Source of the DNA: Octopus vulgaris
Taxonomy: Eukaryota
DNA length: 64,000 nucleotides
Reading direction: 5' to 3'
Assembly: GCA_951406725.2 (NCBI GenBank)
Contig: OX597825.1
Span: 75,454,001 to 75,518,000, forward strand
Position 1 is the stretch's first letter, and every line of letters starts with the position of its first letter. The position numbers and the translations under genes were made by a program. Of the stretch, positions 62,672 to 64,000 are shown piece by piece. A model generated the notes under the pieces. The model made no database searches and was not told the DNA's origin. It saw nothing but the letters and a program-made list of their open reading frames with translations.

Positions 62672-63650
62672 AGCCTTCAATTGACTTTGCTAAAGCCTTC
62701 AATTCTGTGCCACACAAACTACTCAGGACCAAACTCTCTGCAATGGGTATAAAAGATGATCTCTATTACTGGTTAAAGTCCTTAATTCTTGGATGGAAAG
62801 AAGTAGTCACTGTTGTAGGACATCATTCTTCACCTTATGAAATGACATCAGATGACTGGCTTCTGTGCTGGTGGCATGTAAAAAGCACCAACCGATCGTG
62901 GCTGTTGCCAGCCTCCCCTGGCCCCTGTGCCAGTGGAATGTAAAAAGCACCCACTACACTCACAGAGTGGTTGACATCAGGAAGGGCATCAAGCTGTAGA
63001 AACACTGCCAGATCAGAATGGAGCCTGGTGCAGCCTCCTGGCTTCCCAGACCCCAGTCAAACCGTCCAACCCATGCTAGCATGGAAAACGGACGTTAAAT
63101 GATGATGATGATGATGATGAGATCCTATAAACTATAGATCCTTCTTGTAATTAGACTTGGATGCAATGCAATGATGGATTACCAACAAGCAACAAGTTCA
63201 CTGAGGGCGAGTGTTTCACCATGCATTCTGGGGAAAAAACTCAGCTTTTACATACTCCCTCAACAAGACCAATCTTAAGAAGTCTGTTAATGAATGCGAC
63301 CCAGGTATTACCATCAACAGCAATTTGTGTCGGACAAACCACATCTCTGAGATTGTCAAGAAACCTGAAAGTGTCTTAGCATTATTCAGTAAGATCTTTG
63401 TCAGCTGCTCTCTAGCAATCTATCTAAAGATGTACATGACTCTGGTATGACCACATTTAGAGTTTGCATCACCAACCTGGAACCCCTAACTTTCTTGTCA
63501 TATCAATCTCCTGGAAAATGTTCAGAAATGTGCAAACAGATAAATTCCTACCACCAGGATTCTATCACTCTCTGAACGTCTTGCTTCCCGAGGCATGGAC
63601 ACTTTAAAGCTCCAACTGACCTGGTAGACATCCATAAGATCATTCTAATG
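62672..63650 (+). mobile_element. CR1/L2-type LINE RT relic interrupted by an RTE tail (62850-63122)
   Basis: IDFAKAFNSVPHKLLRTKLSAMGI...W; later LV*PHLEFASPTWNP...LENVQK; the inserted segment ends in (TGA)n at 63100-63122. Confidence 0.8.
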
Positions 63651-63888
63651 CAGGAGCCAGTCCTGATTTGATTAGACTTGATGCTCCAAAATACTAGCAG
63701 GTACAAATGGTCTTAATAGCCACTAAACCTTTTTCTATTTTCTCTCCCTGTTTATTTCTGTGTTCCTTTCTGTCGAAGAGCATAGGCTGGAAATGTAAAA
63801 GACTGTCTCACTTCCCGAGCATTAAACCAATACATCTGTTTGTTGTTTACACACCAGTCTTCATCATTTGTTTTTTTGTAAATTCTCT

Positions 63889-63932
<44 letters not shown>

Positions 63933-64000
63933 AAATGGATAAATGAATTATCTTGTTAAGGATTATTCAAAATTTAACTGATCCCGGGTAGCAAAAATCA

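Overview
AT-rich, repeat-dense eukaryotic DNA. The repeat landscape (tRNA-derived SINEs, RTE LINE relics, (TA)n/(CA)n microsatellites) suggests a coleoid cephalopod such as Octopus; this is inference. The window opens with the intronless C-terminal coding part of TTI2 (<1..872, +). Most ORF-track entries are microsatellite or transposon artefacts. Hidden among them is a 12-exon + strand gene (13566..61720), assembled by hand from GT-AG sites with consistent intron phases, that encodes a 531-aa type I membrane protein. It has a signal peptide, four divergent ~90-110 aa beta-rich repeats (PLAT/LH2-like by inspection, each encoded by a phase 1-0 plus phase 0-1 exon pair), one TM helix, and a short tail whose three tyrosines sit in YASQ (YxxQ), EEIYANM (CD28/DAP10-like YxNM) and C-terminal YWGL motifs. 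I do not recognise this architecture as a named family; it is the main candidate for an undescribed receptor. Introns and intergenic DNA hold relics of RTE, R4/Dong-like, CR1, Penelope-like and Gypsy retroelements, mariner, pogo-like, hAT and Merlin-like DNA transposons (several with TIRs/TSDs), fold-back hairpins and hammerhead-like motifs.
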